From Antedon mediterranea (taxonomy: Eukaryota; Animalia; Echinodermata), in assembly GCF_964355755.1 (NCBI RefSeq), contig NC_092679.1:22799432-22863431 (forward strand): DNA of 64,000 nt. The letters are read 5' to 3'. This document shows positions 51,271 to 64,000 of the stretch, one piece after another; position 1 is the stretch's first letter; each line of letters opens with the position of its first letter. A program made the position numbers and the translations under genes. The notes below the pieces were generated by a model. That model had not been told where the DNA came from. It saw only the letters and a list, made by a program, of their open reading frames with translations, and searched no databases.

Positions 51271-52624
51271 GATCAGACCCTGGATATCTCGCGCATTTAC
51301 AATTTTCGTACCCCCAGACAGCAACCTGCCTACGTCTCTGCGATTATAACGATATACCTCTTGGCCCGTGGGTAGGTTTTACGTTCACGTATATTTTCTA
51401 TGATAGGCATATTGAACTTAAAACTTCATTTTTAAATTTGAAAGAATGGATTTACACAGTCATCGTACCGGACCTCTTGCAATGTGTTTTTCACACAGTA
51501 TATTGTATTTATGTACCATACAAAATTGAAAAAATTGGCTACCCTAAATCTGATTAAAACGGCCTCAAATTACGCTATAACGCGTTGCTTCCGGGGGATT
51601 CCCCCACCTGGACCCCCACCAGGGGCCCTTGGCGGCCCCCTGGCCCCCAGCCAAGTGATGCTCGCTTCACTCGCATAGCACCCCCCCCCCCCCGTCGGGG
51701 AATTTAGCCCCCGCGTCGGAAAGATCCTGGCGCCACCCCTGTTTAGCAATCGTTTGCAAACATTCCCTATTGCCAATGCAAACAGTTGCCGTGGAGAAGC
51801 TATGAAAAACAGCGCCGATGGGTGTGTGTGGACATGCGCAGACGATCGTAATGATCTGTTGCTTCGTCATCGTATCTCTTTCTGATAACCCGCTGAATCA
51901 ACACGTTTTTCCGGTAATTGCTTTTGATAAAACGGTCAACAAATAAAATAAAAGAAATGAAATTATATTATAACATGCAAAATACTAAACTATGTTTTGG
52001 TGGTCCACTTTGTGTGTTTCTTATCAAATAGTACACACGCGTCATACGAAATGAAATAGCCATTGATTCACCATAATTCTGTGTAGGCCCTACTGTATCT
52101 TCCCATTATGGCATTATTGGGCCTACAGAGTACATTCTGTAATGACTGTATGTGTGGTGCCTGTATTATGTTAAGGTTAGGCTTATGGTCTATGATACAG
52201 GGGTCACATGTGATAAATACAGTATATGACACTGTGTTATAGAAGTTGCATGTGTTATAACTGGCGTTGTAAGAAATGATGTCGAAAAACGAAATTATGA
52301 TTGTAGACATTGCATAGTATTAATCTACCTAGACCGCCGATAATGCCATTCTCTCTTAATCAGTCCACGTACGCATTTTGTTCGTCGATATATGCACAGC
52401 GAATGAATAACATAATCACACTGTTTGAATTACATTATGCATATCTAATATTTCACACTTTCATTAATCAACGATCCATGTTTCTAAATGACATTACGGA
52501 TAGAGACAATACATTATGTAGGCTAATGTTATTACAAACTCATCGTTCGGCTGATGGTCACTTTGACATGCCATCCGCTTTGTATTTTGTCATTGATTGA
52601 GTGACACTTTCAAACACTGTCAAA

Positions 52625-52860
52625 ACGGCGCGAAACGACGAGCGCTTTATAATATTGTCAGTATAAACGACGCGCGCATTCAAAAACGACGTTGACGCAC
52701 GCGCACTAAAGTAATTTTTTTTTCAACGTTTGAAAGTGTTAATTGATGTATCATAATATCAATGTTTGATCGCGCGCGTCATATACCGACAGTATTTGAA
52801 CGCGCGCGTCGTTTATGCTGACAATATTTGAACGTGCGCGTCGTTCATACTGACATTATC
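52625..52860. repeat. Small inverted repeat built from ~31-bp CGCG-rich subunits
   Basis: AATATTGTCAGTATAAACGACGCGCGC (52651) is inverted against three tandem CGCGCGTCGTTTATGCTGACAATATT-like units (52770-52858). Confidence 0.65.
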
Positions 52861-54959
52861 TAAAGTACACGTTACAGTATACGATACAGTGTATCACAAA
52901 CTAGCAGTTCTTGACAATACGCGTCGGTGAGTTTGGTCTAGAGGGAAACATCTTAATGACAACTTTAATTTGAATATCATTTTGAATGTTCAATTATTAT
53001 CAATGTTTGAATAAATGCAGATATTAAATTAGAGTTTATTCCTAAATGTGTCTTAAAATCGAGCTATGCGATTCCCTTTTAAATTGATTTTTACGAGTAG
53101 AATTATAATTACTTTGTTTCGTGTTGTCTACAGAGCCGATTGTGTATCTAAACATTCTGTATTTATATAATTATATAAATATATTTAAATATTATGTAGT
53201 ACTATGTCCCATGTGACACTGTATTTACCATCAATGCCTGATAGGCTACCACTGGTTACATAAATGTTCGTATTATAGACAGATCCTCCTTGTTTGTGTG
53301 TGTGTATTTTGTGGGAGGTCGTCCATGCAATTCAGTACAGACCACGTCGTTATAATTATGTACTGTATATAAAGTTACGACTATTTAAACATGCATGATC
53401 TTTTTGTTTTCTATCATGTTAAAATAACACGTGGAAATTATGATGGTACAGAAATGTGTACATGTATGAACATAATAAGATCATTTATTTTGATAAATGG
53501 TGTCATATTCTTCCATTTAAAATTGTATAAATAAAATTTAAATCGAATAAACATGACAAGACTAAAACTATTATTGTTTTTTTTATAATGGGCTTCGGAA
53601 GTCGCGTGTATGGATGGGAGTTGCTACCTTATAATTACTAATTTTTTAACTCTTACTTGACTACAGTATTCTTGTTAAAACGTTCATATACGTTCTTACT
53701 GACGACGCAAATGATGATTTGATAAACATAAATAATGGAACATTACTTATATCAATTAATGGTAACATTCGTTGATATCTAATACGTGATACAATTAATG
53801 GTATATAGAAAATATATTAATACAATGCAATACAAGAATACATTAATGTTAAAGTACATGAGAATGTTATTTACACAGAAATCGAATTGAGAACTCTAAT
53901 GACAATTTTTTAAATTACACCGAGTGGACGTGTAATCAATTACGGGGCGCCTCATGTGCATAAATCAATTAATCAATCATTTATTCTTGCAATTGAAAAG
54001 ATAACACACAAAAATGAAGATTAATAATGAAAAATAAATAGGCTTACAATTAAAAAGTCAAAAGTCAAACAGTATGTCATTATTTTGATAAAATAAAAAT
54101 GTCTCAAACTGAGTTCCGTAATTAATAAAAACTCAATCTACATTTAATGGATGTTTAAAAAAATGTCATGTGTTTCATGATTCAGTTATTTTAAAAGGGT
54201 TAACCTTCAATGCAATAGCCTTGATATGATAAAAAGAATAAATGTTGGATGAAATTAATTTTTAGCTTTCAACATATCCGATCGAATTTTTGAAATGATG
54301 AAATAAAATTCGAGTATGAAGAAGAACTCTTCATGGAACCGTAATCAGCAATGTGTTTTTTTTGTTAACCAATGTTTTACAAAGTTTACCCAATATATAG
54401 AGACACCTTGACATGTGACCACTAAATTGTCCTGGTTTGTTCAGATCAAATCGAATATCAACTATTCAAAAAATATTTGCTATATTGTGTTGCTGTTTGA
54501 AACGAATTGCTTAAAACGTACAACAATAACATTCTTATATTATTCTCGAACTACACATTGATCTTCAAAAGCCATCTACATAATTAAACACAAGAACAAT
54601 AATGAAACGTGAGCAGGTTTATGAAGATTACCGTAAAAACGTCAGTAGCAATTCTTCGACAGTTTTACTTATGGTTTAATATCAGTGCATTGTACTATAC
54701 CATCGCATTACAAATAATGATTACACAGTGAGTAGGATTAATCTGTGAAATCCGAACGATTAATATTATTGATATGAAAAGATTTGTAGTGCAATCAATC
54801 AATACAACAATGAATAAATCAATCAATCAATAACAATCAATAACAATCAATCAGTCACAAACAGTCAATCAATCAAACAATTGACTGATAATACCAGTTT
54901 ATGATATCAGTTATGGTACCATTAAACAATTCATTCAAGAAATGTATAAACTGAGTAAA

Positions 54960-55063
54960 TGTTGGATAAGGGCCTCTACAAACCAACGTCAGCCACGGTG
55001 CAGAGCCTACCGGTACCCACACTCACACCAGGAGATGATCCCTCACTATTTTCGAAAATAGTT
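54960..55063 (-). mobile_element. Possible SINE 3' fragment with adjacent (ATTG)n tail at about 54790-54880
   Basis: Minus-strand CTATTTTCGAAAATAGTGAGGG...CCTGGTGT weakly resembles the end of a Deu/Nin core, followed by a microsatellite. Confidence 0.3.
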
Positions 55064-55387
55064 TCAATTCATTCAATACAAATCTTTAAGTGGTCAAAAA
55101 CAATCATGAAGAACCCGTTTATTCAACCAATGTTTACAATTTTTTTTTCAAGTCAATCAATCAAAAATCTAATAATCTAACACTTGGTATTTTTTATTTA
55201 AAATAGACACACTATCAATTATTTTGATTAGTAGGAATCTGATTTCACTATAGTGGGTTTCTATGGTAACACTAATTCAAGGAAGACATATCCGATTAAC
55301 CAATGAATAATGAAATTATTGAATGAAAGTAACTTCTTAAGAATAGAACAGACCGACTTGCTCATAAAAATTACTATAGCAAACTAA

Positions 55388-55833
55388 AGCTCTGTCTACA
55401 CTATCAAGTTTGAAAAAAAAAGGTGTTGATGTGCCAAAATATGTAGCAGTAGCATTGGAAAAGCGAGAGAGGGGGAGGTGGTTGGGGTGGATGGAGAAAC
55501 ATACGTTTGTCTACACTATCAAAAAACGTGTGATGTGTCCAAATATGTAGAAATAGCATTGGAAAAGCGAGAGAGGGGGAGGTGGTTGCGGTGGATGGAG
55601 AGACATACGTTTGTCTACACTATCAAAAAACGTGTGATGTGCCCAAATATGTAGCAGTAGCATTGGAAAAGCGAGAGAGGGGGAAGTGGTTGGGCTGGAT
55701 GGAGAGACATATTTTTTACATGTTTGTCTACACTATCAAAAAACGTGTGATGTGCTCAAATATGGTAGTGATATCATGTCATCATGTCCATATATGGGCA
55801 CATCACATTTTTTCACATAAATTTTGATAGTGT
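55388..55833. mobile_element. Palindromic MITE with an internal triplication of its left end plus a purine-rich foreign segment
   Basis: CTACACTATCAA recurs four times at ~104-114-bp spacing (about 55396, 55511, 55615, 55728). The first three are followed by GCATTGGAAAAGCGAGAGAGGGGGA..GGATGGAG; the fourth completes the MITE. Confidence 0.8.
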
Positions 55834-56629
55834 TAATAAATGTTTATCTTTTAATGTGAAGTTTGTTGTAACGTTTTTTAAATATATTTCTGTCTTGTTT
55901 CCTGGTTTTTGGTACTATTTATTTTTGTATTGAAATGAATTGTCAATACCCAATCTTATTTTTTTGTATATACTGATATTAGGCCCTGTGACCAACAGAC
56001 AGACAAAAGTCAACTACGCGATTTATGGTACGAAATGTCCAAACACCTTTCTGATTAAGACATCACCCCCTCAACACCTACAAAATGAAAACATTATTAA
56101 ACATTCATAAGGTTACCGATTACTATGTATTTCTTCATATGCAAACCGACACACGAATCATTATATTGGCATACGACATAATTGACATAAACATTGTAAT
56201 GATTGTCTAACTAACGAAAGCAACGGTCCGGTAAATAGGATAGCTTTGTGCGGAAGGAGCGGTATTTTTTTTAAATCGCTGCCGCCGCATTCTCTTCGTG
56301 TTTAGAATAGAAGGTAAGCATGATTGATGTCAACGTATATTTATGATGGCTGACTTCTCCAGAAATCTCCTCATAATCCTCGCGCTTTCAAATATGTAAA
56401 ATACAAGTAAAAGTAATCATTTATCGTTTCCTGCTTATGTCGGGTACATAATCATGACATTTTCCAGTGACGTAACGGCAATGAGCGGTCACTGGCTAAA
56501 CCCAGGGACCTTAAAAAGTGCCCAGAGGAAAATCAGACATTCATATATGTCAAAAAGGGCTAAAAACGGCCAAAGCCTCAAGCGTTGGAGGGTCACTTAT
56601 GGTTCCTAAAACATTTCAACATTACCTAA

Positions 56630-57103
56630 ATCATTATCATGATTAAGTCAGTACATAATCATTACGTGTATATATAATCATGATGTGTGCAAAATCACGA
56701 CGTATTCATGATTAAAAGGTACACATGCCTAATCATGATGTATTCATGGTTAATTCGGTATGTTTGAATCAGTACCGTAATAATGACGTATTTCATGATA
56801 AATTGATACCTAATAATGACGTATTCATGACTCGATACATAATCATGACGTAGGTCTAAATTGTTCATGATTAAATTGGTAATAATCATCATAATCATCC
56901 CGCATACACAATCATTACGTATTCATGATTAAGTCAGTACATAATCATGATTACGTCAATACATAATCTTGACGTATTTATGATTAAGTCGGTACATAAT
57001 AACGACGTATTCATGATTAGGTCGACACATAATAACAACGTATTCATGATTCGGTCGACACATAATAACGACGTATTCATGATTAGGTCGACACATAATC
57101 ATG
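56630..57103. repeat. ~33-bp minisatellite
   Basis: Unit CGTATTCATGATTAGGTCGACACATAATAACGA, near-perfect at 56980-57100 and degenerate leftward. Confidence 0.85.
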
Positions 57104-57257
57104 TAATGAACGATAGCAGTACAGCAAATTATAATTTATCCCACGTACGTCTACATGAATATAAAACCTCCAAGTGGTGTAAAAGTATCGATTAATCGTT
57201 TCCTACATGGTATGTTATCACATTGTGTATCTACTCCTCCTATGGCATCAATACTAA

Positions 57258-57610
57258 TCTAGCATAACAGTATTTTGTACGTTGGCCCAATAATTAAGCT
57301 ATTTTCACGAATGTACTCCAAACTGCTAACCTTACTCTTAATAGCCTACAACCAAGGTTTACCTACTTATTATCTAGCAGTAACTACTACAGTATTTGTA
57401 ATTACGTTTGCCAAATTAGGCTATTTTCACAAATGTACTCCAAACTATTAGACATTCTTCCTAATAGCATACATCCAAGCTGTACCTACTCAGTATCTAG
57501 CCTATAACGATTATATTTGTAATTACGTTGGCCTAAATAATACTATTTGTACGTGTGTATATTCCCAACCATTAGCCCTAGCCCTTCCTCCTTTTTAGCC
57601 TGCAACCATG
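57258..57610. repeat. Three degenerate ~115-125-bp tandem units
   Basis: TCTAGC...TACGTT(G/T)GCC...GCTATTTTCAC.AATGTACTCCAAACT...TAGC..CA.CCA recurs at about 57258, 57373 and 57496. Confidence 0.75.
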
Positions 57611-58659
57611 ATTTGCTCGTTCGCAGCCTGCGTTGGTATGAGCCAAATACCAGTGACAAAAAAGATAATTCTTTAGAAAAAAAACCCCTTATGTATGTTT
57701 AAATTTATATATTTAATGTTATATTAAAGTTGACTTTGGCAAAATGAATGAACGATACTAATAAACTTTACTTCAAAAAATGCCGACATTGAGGCAACAT
57801 TTAGTAAAATAATTCACTAAGCAATGAAGGAATGTAATAATATGTATATGGGTTAAAATTATTATTAATATGAGATGTAAAAGCCCAACGGAGCCTAAGC
57901 GAGATTACCAACACGTGTGTCGGGGTGTTAGTAATACACCTTTGCGACATGTAATAATTATAACAAAACGCATCGATGCTTTAAATTATATCGTGTGTAT
58001 CTTTGCCATACAAATTATGCTTAATTTTGAAATAGGTGGTGGACACAATGCAAAAAAAAACATTTGTAGAAATAACCGTATCGGCTAACTACTTAGTTGT
58101 CTCAAATATTCCACAAAACACAACTTTGATTTGAATCTAAACTTGCTTAAGTAGTTATTTCGAGGTTTTTCTTTTATTTTTTTTATCTGAGTTTACAAGC
58201 TCAAGTAGTATACGTATGAAACACCATATGTGCAAAAATATTTATCTTAAAATATTAAGTCAAAACAATATCCGGAACCCAGACTAATTTTAACCCATTT
58301 GTAGCTTGTAGCCATGTTTTATTTTAGTGCGAACAAATGAAGGGTTTTCGGTAGCAACATTTCGTTGTTAGCTTTTCACACAGAGAAACGCATTAAAATT
58401 CAATTTCGGACTATTACCACATTCACTTCACGCATCACATCCAAAAATGTTACAAGCAACAACTTCCGAGGTTCAAATTTACCCAAGGCATTATTACAGT
58501 TTTCGAAAACCATACGTGTACATTTTACTCGATGGACTCTCGAGGCACGCGATACTCTACATAAAATATCTTTCGGAATATTTTGTGACCATAAACTGAA
58601 CAGTATTCGGGGTAGAGATTGTGAAAAATGTATCTTATGTTTGTCGAATTATGTTTAAG

Positions 58660-58817
58660 TGTCTGTCGACACTATCAAACTTTAAGTGACAAAAACATGT
58701 GATGTGCCCATATATGGACATAATGATGTAATCATTACCATATTTGAGCATATAACTACCATATTTGGGCACATCACATTGTTTTTGTCAAACTAGTTTG
58801 ATAGTGTAAACAGAGCT
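58660..58817. mobile_element. Small palindromic MITE copy
   Basis: TCTGTCGACACTATCAAACT ... AGTTTGATAGTGTAAACAGAGCT; same family as 44905. Confidence 0.8.
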
Positions 58818-60776
58818 TTACATGTGATTTGAAGAGTTTGCTTAGTAAGGACTGGAAGGTAGATCTAAGAGGAATTCCTCTGATGTTCTATTTGTCGCGA
58901 ATTACGCCCGCCATAATGTTTCTACGTGATATGATATGGAAGAAGGAAATATTTTATCGTCTGCTCTCTTAGTACCGCGTCACAAGATCCTAGAAGGTAG
59001 CACGACATATCGGATCCAGAAAGAATTATTCTGATCCCATTAGTCAAAATGCATAACGTTTGAACGTGATATGAAAAATGAAGGATGGACAGTTTTAATA
59101 CTTGTACACAAATTAGAAAAATGGTAAAATTCATTAAAAAATAAAACTTTAAATTTCATATTAAAGGACTTTGGTACCAAATATTGCTTATATTATTTTC
59201 GGATCGCTTAGAGGAGGCAAAGAGGAAGGAGAACAGGAGAAATCATTCCGATATCCTATTTTATCACTCCTCCACGAGTTGAACAGTTTGTCAAACACAA
59301 AGGTTTAACTTCATATACTCAAAAATGTATTTTCATTATTGTATTAGACTATGATAATTGGATCAGGTTTTCAATAAATGATTATGATATTTAAAAGCTA
59401 AACACTCTATTTACCTAAACACTGGTTTATTAAATTCTATGAAAATAAACTGTACCTATATAATTACAATAAAAATCAAGGGGCGTATAACTCAGTTTGA
59501 TTATCATTAGTTTCTCGAAAGAAATCTGGAATTATCGCTTATTGAAATAAATGGATTGGTTTAATAAAATGCATTTCAATTTCAATTCAAAATAAATGTA
59601 TTTCTCAAAATAAAGACAGTGAAATCTTCTTCAATAATAATAACAATACTTAACACCTTGAAGAAAAGGTACCACACTGTAAGCAAAGATGTATTTGTGG
59701 AAACCACGATAAATTGTTAAAAAGTAGACAGTGCAGTATCAAATTCATTGAAAAAATTTACAAAAATAAAATATAAACTGTAGTTAAATTAACTTGTACA
59801 TTATTTCTTTTGACTTAACCAATAATTGTAGAAAGAAAGTATACATCTAATTTGAAATTGAAACTTCTAAAGCGATTCATAACATTTAGTTCGTCAGGAA
59901 AGGCATTTTATAATTTGAGATCCTGGAAACTTATTATGTTTGTCAACCGCTGTATTTAAACATAATCAGATTTGGTAGTATAGGCTAATTATGAAATGAA
60001 CTAACAGTTTGAAAATAATGATCAATAACCATGTTTGAAATTAACATAAACAAAGCAAAAATTTGTAGACTTTAATTAAAAAGTTTTTTTTAATTATAAA
60101 TAATGACCACAGCAAACAACGTGGACATAACAAATAGTATATATACCAGTTAAGTTTCACAGTTTTAAATGTATGCACACTATAACTCGTATAGTTTGGA
60201 CATAATCTATATTTATGATAAATAAATCTATATGTAGCCTGGCCCTTTACTGAATGCCTAATTTTGACTAAAATAAATGCATGACAGCGTGCGTCTGTCA
60301 TGCAACAGCTAACCAACGCTACTCAGCTACTCACACAACCAATTTATCAGGAATTTTCTGAACAAATAGGTCAACAAGCTGCGTTTTTCCATTAGAATTT
60401 GAATTAAAATCTCTAGAAAATGACAAACTTTTTCCCATTTATGTTATTAATCAGCTCTTTTTCTATATATTGGTATGCTGATGGCTTCGATCGTGCATTC
60501 CGTACGTCATCTGCTCCACTAGAAGCAAGCTAATGATCTGAGAATTCTGTTTCCTCTGAGTTCCCCCGAGGAAAAAAGAAAATGTGCGATGTATACTTTA
60601 CTTGTGTAGGTCTCAAGTATAGTGTGATTAAAGCAACCGCACGGCTAACGCGGTAATCATATGTTATATATTATTCTTCTTACAATTCTGTTCTGTTAAC
60701 ATGAAACATGAATGGTGTGTAATTTATATTCAAAATGTATGTATTTTGATAATAGATTGTAAACACTGTATTTTAA

Positions 60777-60891
60777 AGCTCTGTCTACACTACCATACAA
60801 AAACATGTGATGTGTCCAAATATGGTAGTGATATGACATCATCATGTCAATTTAATGGGCACATTACATAAAGTTTGATAGTGTAGACAGA
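60777..60891. mobile_element. Small palindromic MITE copy
   Basis: AGCTCTGTCTACACTA ... GTTTGATAGTGTAGACAGA; same family as 44905. Confidence 0.8.
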
Positions 60892-63800
60892 ATATACAAG
60901 TGATCAAATTTCAATTTATGTTCAATATCATCATTTACAGAATACCCTTTAATATATCAACCTCAAACTTACATCTGACTGCTACAAAACTGTTACCCAG
61001 AATTCCACTTTAAGAATCGAACTCGAACCATGTCCATTTGAACACATACTCTTCACCACATAATTATGACCGCTTCCAAACTTTTAAACCTTTTAATATC
61101 TAACTCAAACTCTTTAGGCCTTAATTCAAGGGGAATTCTGAGTAAAAGTTTTGTAGCATCAAATATGGGTTGAGTTAGATGCTTAAAATCCTGGTTAGGA
61201 ATTATGTAAAAGATTTGAGTTACAAAATGTTTACCCAGAATTCCTCTTTAAACATTCAACTCAAACCACATCAACTGATATCTGGTAGACTGGCAATTCA
61301 GTCTTCCACATCTTCTGACAGCCACAGAATCGGGTGGCTATATAAACGAAATACGTTTCCTGTCATTTACATTGAACAATGTACAATACTGAATACAACC
61401 ACTATTGATACTGTCTAGAGTTCAGCCCGCCAGACCCACATTCTATCATTGTATGTATTCATTGATTTTAGCATCTAGCGCTATTGTCATTCACCTGTCT
61501 GTTGGTGAGAAGTAGGCCTAGTGTAACTTACTTCTGCTTACTTAGTGATTTGCGTCTCCGTACGACGTGATTTCCGTTCCATTTAACTCATCATTGGGCT
61601 CGATATACGGTACCTGAGTAACATGACTTTACGCATGCGCAATTAATATAATACATTAGATTGTTATACTGCGAGATGGATCCGAGCTGAGTTGACTAAA
61701 TCGTACCAGTGCACGGGCAATGTGCATGAATTAGGCCTACTGTTTTATCCATCAATGATATTAAAAAACATAATTAGGATCTGCCGAACTGCAGAACGTT
61801 GTAGTTGTATCTTTTATCGTGATTTCTTTACATTCATAGTTTTAAATAAGAAAAATTTTAATTATAATTTTTGACAAAAGGCAGTTTGCTTCTTGGAAGA
61901 GTATTCGGTTTATGAAAAGAAATCATTATCGATTTTTTAAGCGCTCTTTACGAATTCGTCATATTTCCGCGAAAGGCCCAAGGCTTTTTTTCAACAGAGA
62001 AAAAACATTTATTTCTCAACTTATATTTACATACAGACAATTACATCATGAATATCTATCAGAATATAAATAATAGGATCGTGACTACAACATAATCAAC
62101 AACAATTTCTGATCACACATCACACTATTTCCTTTACCAGCAAAAAAGAGAAAAAAGAAAGAAAAAGGCTTAATTCTACATATATATTTTCCATTGCTTT
62201 TTTCTCATCTCTTTTTATTCTTTCAAAACGTTATTTGTTGTTATTTCAATACCCAACATTTTCACCAGACTATATAAAACAGGTAAGAAAGAAAATTTAC
62301 AGTGCTAATAATTACGTCGATTTTCATAAAAATATAATAATTATTATACTATAGATCATTGTAAACTGTACAAGATCATAATCAACGCATATTGTTGTTT
62401 ACATATTAAAGTCTTTCATCTAAAAAGAAGGTTTGAAAAGACGGTCTTTACAGTGTTTACATTTCTTCTCTTCGTTTTTAGGAAGCTAATAACACACGTA
62501 CTTAATGTATATTTTGTTTAGTTAGATCTGAAGTAACGTCATACTTCAGTTAGTTATTATTAGTTGTTTATTTAGATTTCTAATTATAGCAGACTTAATT
62601 TGTATTCAGACGAACACTCAGTACACATACTTGATATTTGAGTAGCTTCTAATGGCATTGTTTTAAATACAGTTCAAAATAGGAGTGTGAAGTAGCAATT
62701 TCTTATTTATGAGATATGCACCCGATTCTCATAGACTTGTCCCACAGTTACAGTTATTGCATTTTTTTCATGTTAGTCCACCAGTCGGCGTTTTGATTGA
62801 AAATATACGTATGAAACGCTATATGTGCCAAAATATTTATCTTTTTACTAATAAGTCAAAATTCCGTCTAGAACCAATTTTCTCGGTACTGTATATCGAA
62901 TTCTTTAGTTTCATAGGAATATTTGGTAATACAGCATCATATGCAATGAGTTCAGAATAAACGCATGTTACATATACGACATAAGTTGTATGTAAAAACG
63001 TGGACTTCTTTACTTCTATCGTGTGAACTAGCATCTAACACTCAGTGTGTAATATATATGCCTAATTTCATCTAAATGGTAATAAAATAAATCTTAAAGA
63101 ATGTAATAAAAAACAAAATGTTTAAGACAATGTAAAATAAATCTACAAACAAGCTGATACTACAAAATGTTTTTAAAACTAAAAAATACGTTCGCTGATG
63201 AATCTTCCGCTTATGACATTGGACTCTGTTGCTATTAAGGTCATCTTTACAATTCTACAAGAATGGCTAATGTCTTCTGAAGAGAACGCTTTGTAGATCG
63301 TTTAAATCCATTATTATAATCACACACACATTTCGTCTATTGGCATTTGTCTGTTTGGAATGATATCTGGCGACATGGGGAGAGAGTTAGATTAGACGAG
63401 AATTTGAACAGATCTATTATACGGTTCAATAAACAGACATCAATGGACAAAAGTTAATCATTTAGTTGATGGCGGAATCCATCAAAAAGAACTGACCATT
63501 ACTGCTCATTTGAACACGCATCTTCAGTATTATAGAGCAACTTTTGGAAAGTCCAGTTGTAGTAGTAAAACCAGTACTGGAATTTAAAGACGTATTTCCA
63601 ACGTGTACAAACAGATTATGATGAATAAATAATCTTTATCTCATCACAAAGGCATTATTCTTATAAAATATTTATTGATATTGAATTGATTCTTTTTGTC
63701 TCTTTTTATTTTTTGTTTCTGTTCGTATAAAATATAAAAAATATTATCAGAAAGGCTAATGTCTCTATAGTATTTTACAAGATATAAAGCAAAGATGCAA

Positions 63801-64000
63801 ATATATAGCCTATATGAAAAATATGAAAAAAGCACCTAAACAAGAAAACATACCTGGTGCCCATAATTAACTCGAGCGGAATATTATTGATAAGCGCCCT
63901 CTCTAATTTAATAATTCTCTGAATCGTAACAACATGCTAATTTCAGTGAAACAAGAAGGACTTTGGACATATTTATATATTTTGTGTATATTAACAAAAT

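Larger units (their letters stand above)
47451..51741. mobile_element. Non-autonomous hAT-superfamily element carrying a nested LINE
   Basis: 8-bp TSD TTTAGCAA (47443-47450, 51742-51749). 15-bp TIRs CAGTGGTGGCGCCAG / CTGGCGCCACCCCTG (1 mismatch). GC-rich subtermini with repeated CGTCGGGG. Confidence 0.92.

Noticed and set aside
51484-51870. Pro/Gly-rich ORFs
   Set aside because: They are by-products of the GC-rich hAT subterminal region.
52000-64000. Numerous 60-100-aa ORFs in the right part of the window
   Set aside because: No recognisable domains or splice-consistent structure; many overlap repeats or use non-ATG starts.

Overview
AT-rich eukaryotic (animal) genomic DNA, probably from a marine invertebrate; the taxon is inferred from the SINE/LINE/MITE content, not proven. 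Left part: three tandem, divergent, secreted type-2 cystatin-like genes on the minus strand. Their exons were reconstructed by hand from GT-AG sites, and the leftmost copy carries a 1-bp frameshift. Next is the large coding exon of a TMEM151-family gene (16172-17890, minus strand); its first exon was not located. The dominant feature is a 15.3-kb non-coding foldback element (19024-34352) bounded by a perfect 9-bp target-site duplication (ACGAGTGAG). Its terminal inverted repeats continue inward as two opposed arrays of a ~181-186-bp satellite (about 59 and 23 units), which meet across a ~28-nt spacer and show higher-order repeat structure. The right half is non-coding and repeat-rich: a non-autonomous hAT element (8-bp TSD) with a nested, stop-free, 5'-truncated CR1/L2-group LINE, several MITE families, SINE fragments and minisatellites. 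No rRNA, true tRNA or CRISPR array is supported.
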